Shown here: positions 45,966-46,755 of the stretch, piece by piece
Position numbering within the stretch: position 1 is the first letter of the stretch
Layout of the letters: each line of letters opens with the position of its first letter
Origin: a virus
Taxonomy: Duplodnaviria > Caudoviricetes
IMG/VR virus record: IMGVR_UViG_3300005573_000133
Location: 1 to 46,755 of that record
Direction: 5' to 3' (one strand)
Length of the DNA stretch: 46,755 bases
The notes under the pieces: model-generated
What the model saw: the letters and a program-made list of their open reading frames with translations, nothing else
The model's database searches: none
Told to the model about the DNA's origin: nothing
Made by a program: the position numbers and the translations under genes

Positions 45966-46499
45966 ATGGCTTCTACATATATAGTGAATGGACCTTGTAA
46001 GATATACTATGGTAGTGGTGATGGAATCCTTCTGGGATCTTATCAGAGGGGTGTGACCATTAGTGTGAATACGGGAGTCAATCCCATAACATCTGATGTT
46101 GGAGGTACTACACCTCTGGCTGGTATATTCGTTGGTAAGACTGGTGTAGTAGAGATCCCATTGCAGTTCATAGATGATGTGACTGGTGCGGGTATGCAAA
46201 CAGAAATATGGAATGCAATAGGGAAGTTCCTCAACATCTGTTTTGATGGCACGAGGAATCCCATTGGCACGCTCGCTATGGATTATGCGAAGAAATTGAA
46301 GATAGTAGAGCGTGTGGGAACTGATATTTGGGAGGCTCCATACGCAATACCAGTCGAACCCGCAGAAATTCAGTTGGATAGTACGAAGGAGGTAGTGTTT
46401 CCTATGAGGTTCCTCCTATTGCCAGTACCACTGACAGATGGAACGAACCCAGGTAAACTGTTTACGACGCTTCCTTCTTATATGTCAGAACTTATCTAA
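45966..46499 (+). CDS. Putative tail tube-like protein, copy 2
   Basis: YIVNGPCKIYYG...GVTI...PITSDxxGxxP...STKEVVFP. Confidence 0.55.
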   Translation: MASTYIVNGPCKIYYGSGDGILLGSYQRGVTISVNTGVNPITSDVGGTTPLAGIFVGKTGVVEIPLQFIDDVTGAGMQTEIWNAIGKFLNICFDGTRNPIGTLAMDYAKKLKIVERVGTDIWEAPYAIPVEPAEIQLDSTKEVVFPMRFLLLPVPLTDGTNPGKLFTTLPSYMSELI

Positions 46500-46520
46500 T
46501 AAGAGTAAGGAGGTACACAC

Positions 46521-46755
46521 ATGTTGAACTTGGATGAGGAAAAGTTGGCATATGAGTTCGTACTAGGAGGCAAGACTTACTCTGTAGATGCTGTGGACAT
46601 GCTTGAGAAGATGAGAGACTTGACTACAGTTACATCTATGGAGGAGACTGCATCCAAACTCAATCAGCTGTTGAAGCTGGAAACACCTCTCTCTTCTTAT
46701 CAGTGTCTGAGACTTCTTGAGGACTTCAAGAAGTTCATCGATGAGAAGGGGGTGG
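46521..46755 (+). CDS. Partial ORF, possible tail assembly chaperone
   Basis: AAGGAGGT SD; MLNLDEEKLAYEF... runs off the window end; follows the tail-tube-like genes. Confidence 0.5.
   Translation, partial: MLNLDEEKLAYEFVLGGKTYSVDAVDMLEKMRDLTTVTSMEETASKLNQLLKLETPLSSYQCLRLLEDFKKFIDEKGV

Noticed and set aside
1-46755. tRNA, rRNA, integrase, intron or intein
   Set aside because: None recognised by eye. Polymerase, terminase, helicases and MCP are of ordinary length without evident insertions; a tRNAscan or Infernal run would be needed to exclude small RNAs.

Overview
This window holds most of the genome of a tailed dsDNA bacteriophage (Caudoviricetes). It is probably virulent and siphovirus-like: I see no integrase, repressor or sheath gene. 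All credible genes are on the + strand, and the order looks circularly permuted. Order: tape-measure C-terminus and tail-tip genes (1-6.1 kb); a repeat-rich non-coding junction (6.1-6.6 kb); small early genes including a Csx16-like protein (6.6-11.1 kb); replication, recombination and 7-deazaguanine DNA-modification genes (SNF2 helicase, PD-(D/E)XK nuclease, AAA ATPase, SSB, queC/queD/queE/folE, a DpdA-like TIM barrel, PolA, a second QueC paralog, RuvC-like resolvase, ligase, UDG, prim-pol/SF3 helicase; 9.4-26.2 kb); a large AT-rich inverted repeat (26.3 kb); membrane and lysis-like genes; TerL; and a Mu-like head module followed by two tail-tube-like paralogs. Most striking unexplained signals: (1) head-module polyproteins built from about 16 Gly-rich TM plus polybasic peptide modules, many bounded by Tyr-small-residue motifs, next to the prohead protease; (2) the octamer CCGCATAG, present at least 26 times, clustering and switching strand bias around the 26.3 kb palindrome (candidate primase recognition site plus origin); (3) four covarying H-type pseudoknots upstream of early genes; (4) two M-x-W-P-stop minigenes with strong SD sequences; (5) a stand-alone Csx16-like putative ring nuclease. 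All counts and alignments were made by eye; no searches were run.
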